DNA of 64,000 nt, from contig OZ024753.1 of the NCBI GenBank assembly GCA_964016885.1, positions 44,144,001 to 44,208,000 on the forward strand, read 5' to 3'. The position numbers and the translations under genes were made by a program. Origin of the DNA: Eledone cirrhosa. Its lineage: Eukaryota. The notes beneath the pieces were generated by a model. It had not been told where the DNA came from. It did not search any database and saw only the letters and a program-made list of their open reading frames with translations. Positions within the stretch are counted from its first letter, which is position 1. Each line of letters begins with the position of its first letter. Positions 1 to 12,919 of the stretch are shown here, piece after piece.

Positions 1-959
1 TGTATGTATAATGTGCTAAATCATTACAGGTTGTTTACAATTGAAGGTGGGGGATATAACAATTCAAAATGGTGAAAATACTCAGCATGTTGTTACAAGA
101 GTAACTGAAATTTATTTATTTATTTGAGAAATTGCTAGCAAAACAACAGCTTTATTAACTGCATTTTTATATTTTTCAATAATACAAGAAGCCACATGAA
201 CACTTCTTCAAATATACAAGCAAGATTCAGTTTGAATTATTGTCTCTTTCGGATTTTTTTAATTTTTTTAATTTTTTCTCTTCTTTCTCTCGTTTCTTTT
301 TTTCGTTAATCTTCATTTTTTTTTTTTGTTTTTTAGAAATAGCTTTTATGCAATTAAATTTCATGGTGGCCAAATAATGTTTTTATCCTGTTTACATTAT
401 TAAATTTGCTGTTATGCAGATATAATATCAGCTAACTCTCATGCTTCACATCAAGCACACACAAATCAAGTGGACCAATTAAATTCTACATTCTTCGGCT
501 TATGAAATAGAATTTGATTTTTTTTTCCTGAAACCATCATATCAATGGACTTTCTATAATTATTATTTTGGTGTATTGAAATTATAAATATAATGAAATA
601 GTTGAAAAAATATACACACACACACACACATATATATATATACATATACATACATACATATATATATATATAAATATATATATATATATTTCGTTTCTGA
701 ATTTGCAACATGACCCTCCCAAAGCATAACAATATATATATATATATATTTCTTTTTTTCAATTGCTAAACTATTATGAATATAATTGGACTAAGAAAGA
801 AATATTATACCTGGCTCAATAAGAATTGACTAAGAAAAATGTTTCATTGTACTTATAACAAATCGATATTTCTCCAGTTTGTTTGGAGCAATTGTATTAG
901 TATTAACATTTGTGATATTTTAGTAGTCACTCAAGGAAATCTATTCCATAGACAGCAAA

Positions 960-1200
960 CTAGACATTGACAATTGCCTACAACTTTTACATCAGTACTG
1001 ACATTGATAGACTATCAAAAATGAAAACAAGATGGAAGAGGTGCTCAGAGGTGATTTTGAACAGTTTTTATGTGCTGCTAGTGTCATTCTTGAAGCAACC
1101 GATAAGATGAAAATAATATTATGTAAGTTGTAAAGGAACTATCAAAAATATTGCGAATATGATGGCATCTTGTGTAACCCACAGTCTATATCTCTCAGGT
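960..1200 (+). mobile_element. Possible decayed hAT-type transposase fragment
   Basis: Frame-broken peptides AASVIL (~1073-1092) and CVTHSLYLS (1171-1197) occur in the order of the hAT DGASVM...CxxHxLxL motifs; heavily degraded. Confidence 0.25.
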
Positions 1201-2369
1201 GAGTTCCAGAAAAGAACGAAGAATGAATGATATATTCTGCATGTCAATAAAACATTATATATCTATATATGATTATCCTTTAAATATATCTCCATACTTG
1301 TTTATTCTTTAAGTTAGATAATGACAGGAACATAAACTGAGGAAGAGTGAGATACAGAGAGAATGAAAGAGAGAGAGAGAGTGAGTGAGAGGGAGAGAGA
1401 GTGAGTGAGAGAGAGGACCAGATCAACTTGGATGCATGACTGTTATTATTGATGTAAAGTTCCATATAACTAGTGTACAGGTGTCTAAATACATGTTATA
1501 TCAGGAAATAAAACAACTGCACAGAAGAAAAAAATGTTTTTTATTTGCTATAGGCACATGATTTGCAGTATGAGGGTGATATATGGCGAAATTTAGTGCT
1601 GTTTTTACCATTCTGCAGCTTATGATTAAAACTAGTGCTCGAATTTATGGCCCATAAGGTAGAGGCCAAAATTATCTTAATATTTTCTGGGGGGAAATTT
1701 TACCTGCATGCTATGAAAATTAGCTAGAACAATTTTTCATAAATATGACATACCCACCTGAGAATAGTAGTAGCTATTGCATATCTCATAAATTTATGAA
1801 CTACAGGCTTCTGTTCACTGTCAATAGCAGTGGTCTAAATATGTCAACAAAGAAGTCACTTTCCTATACCATTTCCATGTATGTTTACAGAATCAGGGCT
1901 CGTGCTTCGGTATTTATTGACCTAGCCTCGACCATAAACTTATACACCATTTAATATAATAATTTCAACTTGCAGTATAGTAAGCTGACAACCTAAGCCT
2001 GCATTTCCTACTACACAGGCCATAGAACTGCTTGCAAGGTCATGAAAGGAAACTAGCTTTTGTGATTAGCTCGTATCACTCTCTCGGTACAACACTAATG
2101 CTGTCCAGTGTGTAAGGACAGTCCAAGACATGCTGGCATCAGTGCCATGTCATACTGCAGTGGCTGGCCAGATAATAGGTTTGTTTATCTCTACCCTTGG
2201 GTGATGCGACAAGTCATATGACAAGGAAGACATAGATATTAAAAGCCATTAGTTGAGAATATAATATCCTCATCATTGCATGTCCTCTTTCTCTGCTCGT
2301 TATATAACAATTATATTTTAATTATAATTATAAGTTGATCAACGTTATCCTCTGTGTTTTTGATTGTAT

Positions 2370-2677
2370 GTCAGAAAACAGCACAGCTTCCATGACTTTC
2401 AAAAACATTTTTTTACACTCAGAATTGCTGAAGAATGGAACACGCTGCCTGCATCAGTTGCTAGCTGCTGAGACACTGCATCCTTTAAAACCTCCATGCT
2501 TCCTGAAATTCGTCAACACTACACCTGTTATCCCCCTCCATACACATGCACACATGTATATCATGACTCATACACTGTTCATTTTCCCTGACATTTGTAC
2601 ATTATTCTATGTACTATACATGCACCTTTCATGAGTTGCAGTGCACCTGAGCACTGTACACAATAATTTCATTATTT
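2370..2677 (+). mobile_element. CR1-clade LINE 3' fragment (ORF2 end + 3'UTR)
   Basis: Homologous to 27584-27911; ends TGCACCTGAGCACTGTACACAATAATTTCATTATT. Confidence 0.8.
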
Positions 2678-3075
2678 TATATAAACAACAACAATAATAT
2701 AACACTGACTGTCATATCACATCAAAGGTGAACAAAGAATATTTACATAAAGTTGATGTAAAATTTTGACATCAAGATCCCTAATTATGAGGTCATAATT
2801 TTACCTGTAATATATTTTTACCTCTAATCATTGATGTATCATAATTGGTTAATTAACCCAAACTTTAATGTCATCATCAGAAATTGAAGAAAGTATGAAA
2901 ACTGCTAATTAGAAATAACCTAATTTAATCACATGGCAACAGAGAAAAACATGTATAAAACCTATTTGAAAATATAGTTGTGACTAAACGTATTTCTGTT
3001 GTGCGATATAAAACAAAATGACTTTTCTTTCTAATTAAAATTAAAAAAAACTTAAATAAAGCAACATATTTAGAG

Positions 3076-3125
3076 ATATTTATTAGGAATCAATATTGAA
3101 CGACAATCTGATTCCTAATAAATAT
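3076..3125. repeat. Short hairpin, 17-bp perfect inverted repeat
   Basis: ATATTTATTAGGAATCA ... TGATTCCTAATAAATAT with a 16-nt, partly pairing spacer. Confidence 0.85.
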
Positions 3126-3500
3126 GAACTCTATGACACATATTGGGTAATTTTTAATTTCATTAGTAAACAAAAACATTTAATATATATATATGTATAA
3201 ATACTAAATTATATATATATATATATATATACTAAACGATTTTGTTTATATATATATTTGTGTTACAAAATCGTTACCAAGACTACCTAATAGTTTGTCT
3301 TGTTTACTCTCTTTATTTTCCTTTTTTTCTTTACTTGGACTACCTTTTATTGTCTGTATCAATCCTTTGTGATCCTGTCTCTGTTTTTGTACTCTCGAAG
3401 AAGGCCTAAAGCCCGAAACGTCAAACTTTCTTTCCCTTTTTTCCATAGAAAACATGAAACTAATAAGAAATGTTGTTTATCTGTTTGTTGTTTCCTTGAA

Positions 3501-3650
3501 ATAGTATATAGTAATAATAATAAATTTAGTATATAGTAATAATAATAATAGTATATAGTAATAATAATAAATTTAGTATATAGTAATAATAATAATAGTA
3601 TATAGTAATAATAATAATAGTATATAGTAATAATAGTATATAGTAATAAT
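3501..3650. repeat. Tandem repeat of AGTATATAGT(AAT)n units
   Basis: About 7 units; the same motif resumes at 4061-4103 after the LINE insertion. Confidence 0.85.
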
Positions 3651-4053
3651 GTTTTCTTTATTAACCACAAGGGTTCACATAAAGTAGACATTAAGGACAG
3701 TACAGGACAATACAGGACGGTACAAAAGGGCATTTCTGCGTGTAAAAAAACAGAGGTTGAAATAAAATAACAAAGAAAAATTCCCCAATAGGGGGGAGAC
3801 TTCCAAGGGACATTTGTGGAGAAAGCCCATTAAAAGACCACAGTGGCCCTGACCACCAGGGCAAGTGCCCTCTCCCAGTTTTCCACCTTTAATTTACAGA
3901 CACATACTCAGAGAAGGCCCATTCATTCGGGCCATACTTGCTTCTCTCACCCATCTTTCAACAAAATGCTGGGAAGAGAGCACTTCCCTCTCTACCCTGA
4001 CTTTCCTTTTCAAATGAAATTTGAAAAAGTTAATCAGGGCATCACCGAAGAGG
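3651..4053 (-). mobile_element. Tx1/L1-clade LINE 3' fragment
   Basis: Minus strand reads LFGDALINFFKFHLKRKVRVEREVLSSQHFVERWVREASMARMNGPSLSMCL* (stop 3894-3896), resembling the Tx1-type ORF2 C-terminus, then a 3'UTR ending in AATAAA. Confidence 0.6.
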
Positions 4054-4641
4054 TAAGTGCATATAGTAATAATAATAATAGTATATAGTAATAATAATAA
4101 ATTTGAAGACTAAAATCCAAAGAGGGCTCGATAAGGATAAATATATATATATTAGGTATTAAATTAACAATGAAAATAATAACAACAAAGTCAAGTTATT
4201 TTACCTATTCATATAATTGTTTTATGATCGTTTCGGAGGGTTGATCATATTGATATATTGATTGATCTATAACAGTTATATAACAGTTATATAACTGTTT
4301 ATTATCAGACCTCATATATAGGTTCGATCAGACCATCTTCTTCAATATCTATGGTATGGATCCTACCAGAAGTAGACGACACTGGAAAAAAATATATATA
4401 ATCCTGGTATGTGTATATGCATTTTTTCTTCTAACTTTAATTTTATACCTAATTGTGTATGGTTGACGATATATTTAATTGATTTCCACGTGCTATTGAA
4501 ATGCTGGGTAAATATTCTATAGCTGCCTTTTAATCTTATAGCCTGGTTTATTTGGTTTTTTGTGTGGTTGATTATGCTAATTGGGAGAGGAAATGGAGTA
4601 TATATCTCATCAAATGATTCTATGGACATAATTTATAGTAT

Positions 4642-4679
<38 letters not shown>

Positions 4680-4723
4680 GTATATAAGTATTAATAAAAT
4701 AGATGTTCTTTTGATCAATTACT

Positions 4724-4774
4724 TTTTATTATACATATTTCGGATGTACAACAGTACGTCCTCATCAGACAAAA
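4724..4774 (-). ncRNA. Type I hammerhead ribozyme motif
   Basis: Minus strand: ttttgt-CTGATGA-ggacgtac(tgtt)gtacatcc-GAAA-tatgta-TA-ataaaa; stem I, core, stem II and minimal stem III present. Confidence 0.75.
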
Positions 4775-4908
4775 TATAATGATACATGACATACCCTGAG
4801 ATGTTAAATCATGTAAATCATATAAAACTCATTCTTTGAAATAATCATCGAATATTGTTTAACAACTTAATACTTATATATATATGTATATATATATATG
4901 TATATATA

Positions 4909-5120
4909 TAGGAACGAGTAGGACCCCGACGGCTGAGCTCAAGCCGTTGCGACGGCTAATTCTGGACTAAAAAAAAAAAAATTTCCAGAATTAGCCGTCG
5001 AAACGGCTTGAGCTCAGCCGTCGGGGTCCTACTCGTTCCTAGTACCCACTCTACTACCCTAAGTACTGAGTACTTTGGTGCGTTATGGTCCATCTGGTTC
5101 CTTACTACATTTCCTTCATT
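4909..5120 (+). mobile_element. Fold-back element family B, copy 1
   Basis: 58-bp arms 4909-4966 / 4984-5041 (1 mismatch), A-rich spacer, ~80-bp unique tail, flanked by (TA)n. Confidence 0.85.
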
Positions 5121-5733
5121 ATGTATATATATATGTATATATATATATATATGTATATATATAAATACAAAGACCAAAATGCAGAGAGGACTTGATAAGG
5201 GTTATATATTATAGCTATGATATTGTGATGGAGGGCTTGGTGGCAGTTGATACGGGCAGACATAAACCCACTCGTAGATGGGTCAGTAGTCTATATGGCA
5301 AAATATTTGAAGAGGAGGAATTTTGAAACAAATTGTATTCATTTCAGAAAGATTGAGAGAAATCAATAAAGAGTTTCACAGGATACAGTCCCAGCTTGTC
5401 AGGGGACCTGTCATATATGCAAAACATTCCAGTTCAGCTTTGTTTATCTATCTATATATTTATTTATTTTATGTTGTATTTTATTTATTTTCATTCTATT
5501 TTATTTATGTTTCTATTGCTGCTATTTTGGAACAATAGTTTGGTAGGTTACAGGTTTCTAGTGGACCAATCACTGGTTCTCTGCATTTCTGACAACAATA
5601 TTGACAATGGTACTCAGGGGACTCGGCATGAAGAACAGCAGATTTCTATTGATTTGTTTATTGCCCCCCCCCCCCTCCCCCTCTTCCTTCCAATACAGTG
5701 AAATATATAAAAATACACGTACCAAGATGCTCA

Positions 5734-5779
<46 letters not shown>

Positions 5780-5843
5780 TGTCGCAAGGGTCTGATACCA
5801 TCAACACTATACACACAGAGCTGGCATATCTAAGAACTGGCTA

Positions 5844-5899
5844 ACTGCCTGATGAGGTCATAGCCATTCAATGGCTATCATCGAAATATATATAGCAGT
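5844..5899 (+). ncRNA. Type I hammerhead ribozyme motif
   Basis: actgc-CTGATGA-ggtcatagccat(tca)atggctatcatc-GAAA-tatata-TA-gcagt, followed by AATAAA at 5901. Confidence 0.8.
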
Positions 5900-5940
5900 A
5901 AATAAAGGATTATGAGTTCATGCAATTGACTTATGTTTCG

Positions 5941-5983
<43 letters not shown>

Positions 5984-5996
5984 CAATAAACAAATA

Positions 5997-6134
5997 TCAT
6001 TATTTCTGAAGACAGCATATATATGTGTAGGTATGTATATTCCCTCTGATAGTTTGTAAAAATTTTACATAGATCTCTGTGATATACATACCAACACACA
6101 CATATATATCCTAGAAACGATCGTAAAATGATGA
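5997..6134 (+). ncRNA. Type I hammerhead ribozyme motif with ~100-nt stem II
   Basis: tcattattt-CTGAAGA(6006-6012)...long self-complementary insert...GAAA(6114-6117)-cgatcg-TA-aaatgatga; 9-bp stem I, GUA cleavage triplet. Confidence 0.65.
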
Positions 6135-6188
6135 ATTTTTTAATATAAGGAACTGTTTCTTTGTTTTTATTCATTATTTTTATTAATT

Positions 6189-6262
<74 letters not shown>

Positions 6263-6412
6263 CTCTAAGGTGACACAACCTTATCGAGTATGGTATTACT
6301 CTAAGGTGACACAACTTTATTGAGTGCTTTGCTGCACATTCCTAATTGTATATCGTTAGCTTGGCCACAGTCAAAACCTCGATTTTATTAAACTTCCATT
6401 TATATAGAGGGT

Positions 6413-6560
6413 AAAGGGTAAAGACCTCCTTTGGTCATGAATGACCATGGGATTTTTATCTAGAAAGTTCCCCTGTGAGGCACAAGTCTGGGCAAGGTTG
6501 TTTGTAGATGACCAGCAGTCATCCTTGCTTACCAATCTCTCCTCTCCATGCTCTATCAAG
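6413..6560 (-). mobile_element. SINE 3' portion (family of 54833-55088)
   Basis: Reverse complement matches CTGCTGGTC..CAAACAACCTTGCC..CATGGTCATT..GACCAAAGGAGGTCTTTAC at 54996-55088. Confidence 0.6.
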
Positions 6561-7182
6561 TCCATTTTATTGTGGCACTGATACTAGAGGTGGCGGGTGA
6601 TCTCAGATAGGTGGCTACTGTGAGCATGAGAAGACCTATGAGGGAGTTACAACTGATTTGTTAGGATTTAAAAGGGGTACTGATGATCATGGATATAGTC
6701 TCTATATATCTGGGGATACGCAGTGACAGTGATAACAGTTACAAAGTCATGATAGGGGAGTGGTTACATGAATAATCAAGCGACATCCTTTATGTGGTAG
6801 GACAAAACCTCTCCAGTACAAGATGTCACCAATCCTGTGGTACCTTGTCATCTCTGTTCTCAGGTTTAGCTGTCTCAGGCTTGACTGGTCTTCACTCTTT
6901 CATACCATGTCTTCCTAATGCAGTTTCATGGCTGTACAAGACATTTATATATATAGACTATATTAATGTTAGTTTGAAATGTTTTTTTGAATAACAAATT
7001 TTATGTATATGTTCTTGATATTACTGCTGATTGTGTACAGCACCTGTCTCTCTGCTGTATACTGTATACTGTATATAAACAACAAACACACAGGATTCTC
7101 TTTGCTCTTTTGCTGATGAAAGCATAATGTGTTCATAAACTTCAAAGACCAACTGACTGTCAGAAACACAATTTGACTGAAG

Positions 7183-7231
<49 letters not shown>

Positions 7232-7786
7232 ATATATATATATGTATGTGTGTGTATATATATATATTTATGTGTGTGTATATATATATATGTATGTGTG
7301 TATATATATATGTATGTGTGTATGTATATGTATGTGTGTATATATATATATGTATGCGTGTATGTATATATGTATGTATGTATGTAAGTATGTATGTATG
7401 TAAGTATATTTATGAATGTGTCTATGCTTCTATATATATATATGTATGTGTGTATATATATATATATATGTATGTGTGTATGTATATATGTATGTATGTG
7501 TGTATGTATGTATGTATGTATGTATATTTATGTATGTATATTTATGTGTCTATGCTTCTATATATATATGTGTGTGTGTCTGTGTGTATATGTATGTGTG
7601 TATATATATATATATAGTATAATATAATCCATCTCAATATGTGGTGGGTTGGGCTTATTTTCAAATGACTCTTCACATTAGTTATAACATATACATATAC
7701 ATACACACACACACACACATACTTCTCCTACACAAATTTCCATAACAACATCAAACACACACACATATACATACATACATACATAC

Positions 7787-7819
<33 letters not shown>

Positions 7820-7901
7820 CACATACATACATATATATATACATACATACATATATATATATATACATACATATATATACATATACATACATATATATAC
7901 A

Positions 7902-7980
<79 letters not shown>

Positions 7981-8169
7981 ATATACACACACAATGTTAT
8001 TCGTGCATTTGTCTATGAGTGTGCATAAATATGTGGTAATATATTTTCTAACCTTTCATGTCACTGAATACTGAATATGTTGGTTGTTTATTAAAGTTAA
8101 CAATCAATTCGAGGAGATTTGCCACACAGAGAAACAAATTAATATTTTTTTTTCAAATTTGACTTCACT

Positions 8170-9340
8170 GTTGTCTACAATATCTGTTTACATTGCTTCC
8201 CCTAGATCTGTTGAACTGTTGCTTTCAGTTGGAGTGTGTTGTGTTGTTGTGTAGTGTTGTTGTGTTGTGTTGTTGTGTAGTGTTGTTGTGGTGTTGTTGT
8301 GGTGTTGTTGTGTTGTTGTTGTGTAGTGTTGTTGTCTACAATGTCTGTTTACATTGCTTCCCCTAGATCTGTTGAACTGTTGCTTTCAGTTGGAGTGTGT
8401 TGTGTTGTTGTGTAGTGTTGTTGTGTTGTGTTGTTGTGTTGTGTTGTTGTGGTGTTGTTGTGTTGTTGTTGTGTAGTGTTGTTGTCTACAATGTCTGTTT
8501 ACATTGCTTCCCCTAGATCTGTTGAACTGTTGCTTTCAGTTGGAGTGTGTTGTGTTGTTGTGTAGTGTTGTTGTGTTGTGTTGTTGTGTTGTGTTGTTGT
8601 GGTGTTGTTGTGGTGTTGTTGTGTTGTTGTTGTGTAGTGTTGTTGTCTACAATGTCTGTTTACATTGCTTCCCCTAGATCTGTTGAACTGTTGCTTTCAG
8701 TTGGAGTGTGTTGTGTTGTTGTGTAGTGTTGTTGTGTTGTGTTGTTGTGTTGTGTTGTTGTGGTGTTGTTGTGGTGTTGTTGTGTTGTTGTTGTGTAGTG
8801 TTGTTGTCTACAATGTCTGTTTACATTGCTTCCCCTAGATCTGTTGAACTGTTGAACTGTTGCTTTCAGTTGGAGTGTGTTGTGTTGTTGTGTAGTGTTG
8901 TTGTGTTGTGTTGTTGTGGTGTTGTTGTGGTGTTGTTGTGTTGTTGTTGTGTAGTGTTGTTGTCTACAATGTCTGTTTACATTGCTTCCCCTAGATCTGT
9001 TGAACTGTTGCTTTCAGTTGGAGTGTGTTGTGTTGTTGTGTAGTGTTGTGTTGTGTTGTTGTGGTGTTGTTGTGTTGTTGTTGTGGTGTTATGTAAGTGT
9101 TGTGGTGTTGTTGTGTTGTTGTTGTGTTGTGTTGTTGTGTGATGTGTTGTTGTTGTGTAGTTGTTGTGTTGTTGAGTTGTGTTGTTGTTGTGTGGTGTTG
9201 TTGTGTGATGTGTTGTTGTGTGTTGTGTTGTTGTGTTGTTGTGTTGTGTTGTTGTGTGTTGTGTTGTTGTTGTGTTGTGTTGTTGTGTGTTGTGTTGTTG
9301 TTGTATGGTGTGTTGTGTTGTTGTGTAGTGCTGTTGTTGT
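8170..9340. repeat. Composite tandem array: six ~70-bp constant blocks separated by GT/GTT simple-repeat spacers, then pure GTT/GT repeat
   Basis: GTTGTCTACAATGTCTGTTTACATTGCTTCCCCTAGATCTGTTGAACTGTTGCTTTCAGTTGGAG at ~8170, 8331, 8481, 8642, 8803, 8959. Confidence 0.9.
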
Positions 9341-10304
9341 TTTCATTGTCATTGCTGTTATGTTGTTTTAGTTATGTGTGGTGTTATTATTGTGTTACAT
9401 ACTTTCTTGGATATTTTAATAATAAGTTATGTAAATATGTATGTGGTGTGTAAATATTTCTGCTTTCCAAACTACGCATAAAAGATATTGGTTAACCCTA
9501 GACTATATTACAAGACACTCTCCTGATCTCCCAAGGTACTGCATGGTGAGATTGAATGCAGAACCACATGGTTGAGAAGCAAACACCTTAACCATACAGC
9601 CATATACTATATCTACAAGTAATGTTGTAAACTTCCTTCTAAGTAAATATCATCTTCATCTTTCTGCAAGACTACTTCATACCTCTTTTGAAGAAGACGT
9701 TATGGTGAATTCTTCCTCTTCAGTAATTTCACTTCGAGATAAATATGTTTCCAATAAACTTGTACTAATGCTTTCCCATTATCAGAAATTGATAAAACAT
9801 GTTAGTAAATACATTGTTCATTGGATGCCAAACTCAATATGATCTTGAAATGTATGTATATATATATGATATAATATATGTATATGTATATATAAGATAT
9901 AATATATGTATATATAAGTTGTAATATATGTATATATGAGATGTAATATATGTATATATGAGATGTAATATATGTATATATAAAATGTAATATATGTATA
10001 TATGACATATAATATATGTATATATAAGTTGTAATAAATGTACACATAAGATATAATATATGTATATGTAAGATGAAATATATGTATATGTAACATATGT
10101 ATATGTAACATGTGTATATGTAATATATATATGTATTATATGTATATGTAATAGATGTATATGTATACATATATTTAAGATGTAATTTAGATTCAAATGT
10201 CTCAAATTACAAAATATATTAATATAACATTTATTAGATGCCAATGTTGAATTATTAAATATAATTTATATATATACTTATAAATGTAATATAAATATAA
10301 TATA

Positions 10305-10340
<36 letters not shown>

Positions 10341-10350
10341 TTATAAATAA

Positions 10351-10388
<38 letters not shown>

Positions 10389-10449
10389 ATATATATGTAT
10401 GTGTGTACATATATATATATGTATGTGCATATATATATATATATATATG

Positions 10450-10496
<47 letters not shown>

Positions 10497-10551
10497 ACAT
10501 ATATATGTGTGTACAAATATATATATATATGTGTGTGTACATATATATATA

Positions 10552-10707
<156 letters not shown>

Positions 10708-11069
10708 GACAGATTGAGTGGTAGGGGTTAATAAAGTCTAGAGAAAGTTAAATATAAATGTCATTTGCTATCAAGTAATGAATATACAGATAATGTAATA
10801 GTGGGTTAGGTTTATTGTAAGGAATAGAGTTACTGGCTCAGTTTTAGTTCTGGCTGCATCATTATATTTATGTCATCTATAAAAATAGAATGTCTTACAG
10901 GCCCAGATATGTCTGTGTGGTTAAGGAGTTTACTTCACAACTTTGTGCTTCTCAGTTCATTCTTTTCTGAATGTATGTCAATAGATTTGGTAAATGTCTG
11001 TCACTATAGCTTCACCTTGACCAATTCTTTGTGGGTAGAATTTGGAAGACAGAGATTGAAGAAGCCCAT

Positions 11070-11177
<108 letters not shown>

Positions 11178-11179
11178 TA

Positions 11180-11534
11180 TATACATGAATGTATGTATAG
11201 TATATTTGGCAATATACTGTATGTTTAATTAAAAACATTTAGAAGACCATTTACAATGAGTTTTAAAGTAGTGACTATGTCACTTACTTATTCTCGGCAA
11301 AATCAAAGGGAGAATGATCGACAGTCCTGTTTCTCGCTTGGAGCCTTTATCCAGACCACACACTCAGTTGCTTTAGCCCAGAATTATAGAGGCTGGATTC
11401 TTATAGAATTCCAGTAATAATCAGGAGCTGATTATACAGAGCGATTGCCGGTCCAGCAAAAATTAGGTATTAGTATTGGTGCTCTGAAAGAGTGATGTAT
11501 ACATGAATGTATGTATAGTATATTTGGCAATATA

Positions 11535-11540
<6 letters not shown>
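11180..11540. repeat. 43-bp perfect direct repeats (11180-11222, 11498-11540) flanking a ~275-bp unique segment
   Basis: TATACATGAATGTATGTATAGTATATTTGGCAATATACTGTAT occurs twice. Confidence 0.85.
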
Positions 11541-11577
<37 letters not shown>

Positions 11578-11607
11578 AAAGAATAGAGGTGTAACACACG
11601 AGTTATG

Positions 11608-12146
11608 ATATATTGGTAAAAGGAAAAGAAAATGCTGACAAATTGTTCCCAGTGAAAAATAGTTTAATTAGGAATAAGTAAAAATTAGTAATAAGTATTG
11701 GTTAGTATTCAGTTTTGGTTTTAAGTTTTTACCGGTGGCGCATTTCTAATACTTTTCAAAAATAATTTTGAGGTAGAGCGCCCGTGATGTTTGCTCTAAT
11801 CTGATTAGATTTGGAAATTCTACCCGTTTTATTTGAAAAAAGTGGCTCCAGATGTATTAAAATACATTTTAATAAAATGTATTAAAATACATTTTAATAC
11901 ATCTGGAGCCACTTTTTTCACATAAAACAGGTAGAATTTCCAAATCTAATCAGATTAGAGCAAACATCACAGGCGCTCTATCTCAAAATTATTTTTGAAA
12001 AGTATTAGAAATGCGCCACCGGTAAAAACTTAAAACCAAAACTGAATACTAACCAATACTTATTACTAATTTTTACTTATTCCTAATTAAACTATTTTTC
12101 ACTGGGAACAATTTGTCAGCATTTTCTTTTCCTTTTACCAATATAT
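11608..12146. mobile_element. 539-bp palindrome (fold-back element)
   Basis: Arms ~11608-11863 and 11891-12146 are reverse complements with about four mismatches; single-arm partial copy at 55587-55775. Confidence 0.9.
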
Positions 12147-12846
12147 ATATATATATGTATGAATATGCATATATGCATATATATATGTGCATATGAGTAT
12201 ATATACATGTACATATGAGTATATATACATGTACAGTATATTTTGTGAAGTGGTAGTGCTAGTCTACAATAAAATGTACCTAGTACACTCTGCAAAGTGG
12301 TTGCTGATAGGAAGCATATTCAACCATAGAAATGCTTCTATGGAACACACGAGAGCAATAAGAGGTCCATCTGACCATGTTCTTGTAACATAACAACCCA
12401 TGCAGCTTATACCAGAATGGAATGTGGACATAAATAAAATAAAATAACTTTAAATAAAATAAAATAAGATGGTTTAAAATCATGAATAATAATGATTTCT
12501 TTAAAAATCATGTTACAGTTGACTTGCTCTCAGAAACATTTCATTGTCTTCTGGTTGTTATATAATAATGCTGCCATCTTAAATATTATACAATACTAGT
12601 TCAGATTCTTGTTTTTTGTTTTTGATCTTTAAAATGATGCTGATGATGGTTTATAGAAGTATATATATATATATACTCGTATATATATATATATATATAT
12701 AGACAGGGGTATGTGAAAATGGATATAAACATATATATATATACATAGACAGGTTTATATCAAAATATCATCATCATATATATAACACACACACATACAT
12801 ATACATACACACACAAACACATATATATATATATATATATACACAC

Positions 12847-12871
12847 GTTTATATATATTTTCATACACACC

Positions 12872-12919
<48 letters not shown>

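Noticed and set aside
4220-4345. Intact hammerhead on the minus strand
   Set aside because: Core reads UUGAAGA and stem I does not pair; kept only as a degenerate relative
4956-5214. Recurrent peptides GTSRTPTAELKPFRRLILD / SSAVGVLLVP at four loci
   Set aside because: Produced by the palindromic family B repeat; no consistent start or stop, and they run into TA tracts
8170-9060. CRISPR array
   Set aside because: Repeats are ~70 bp, spacers are related simple repeats, no cas genes, eukaryotic context
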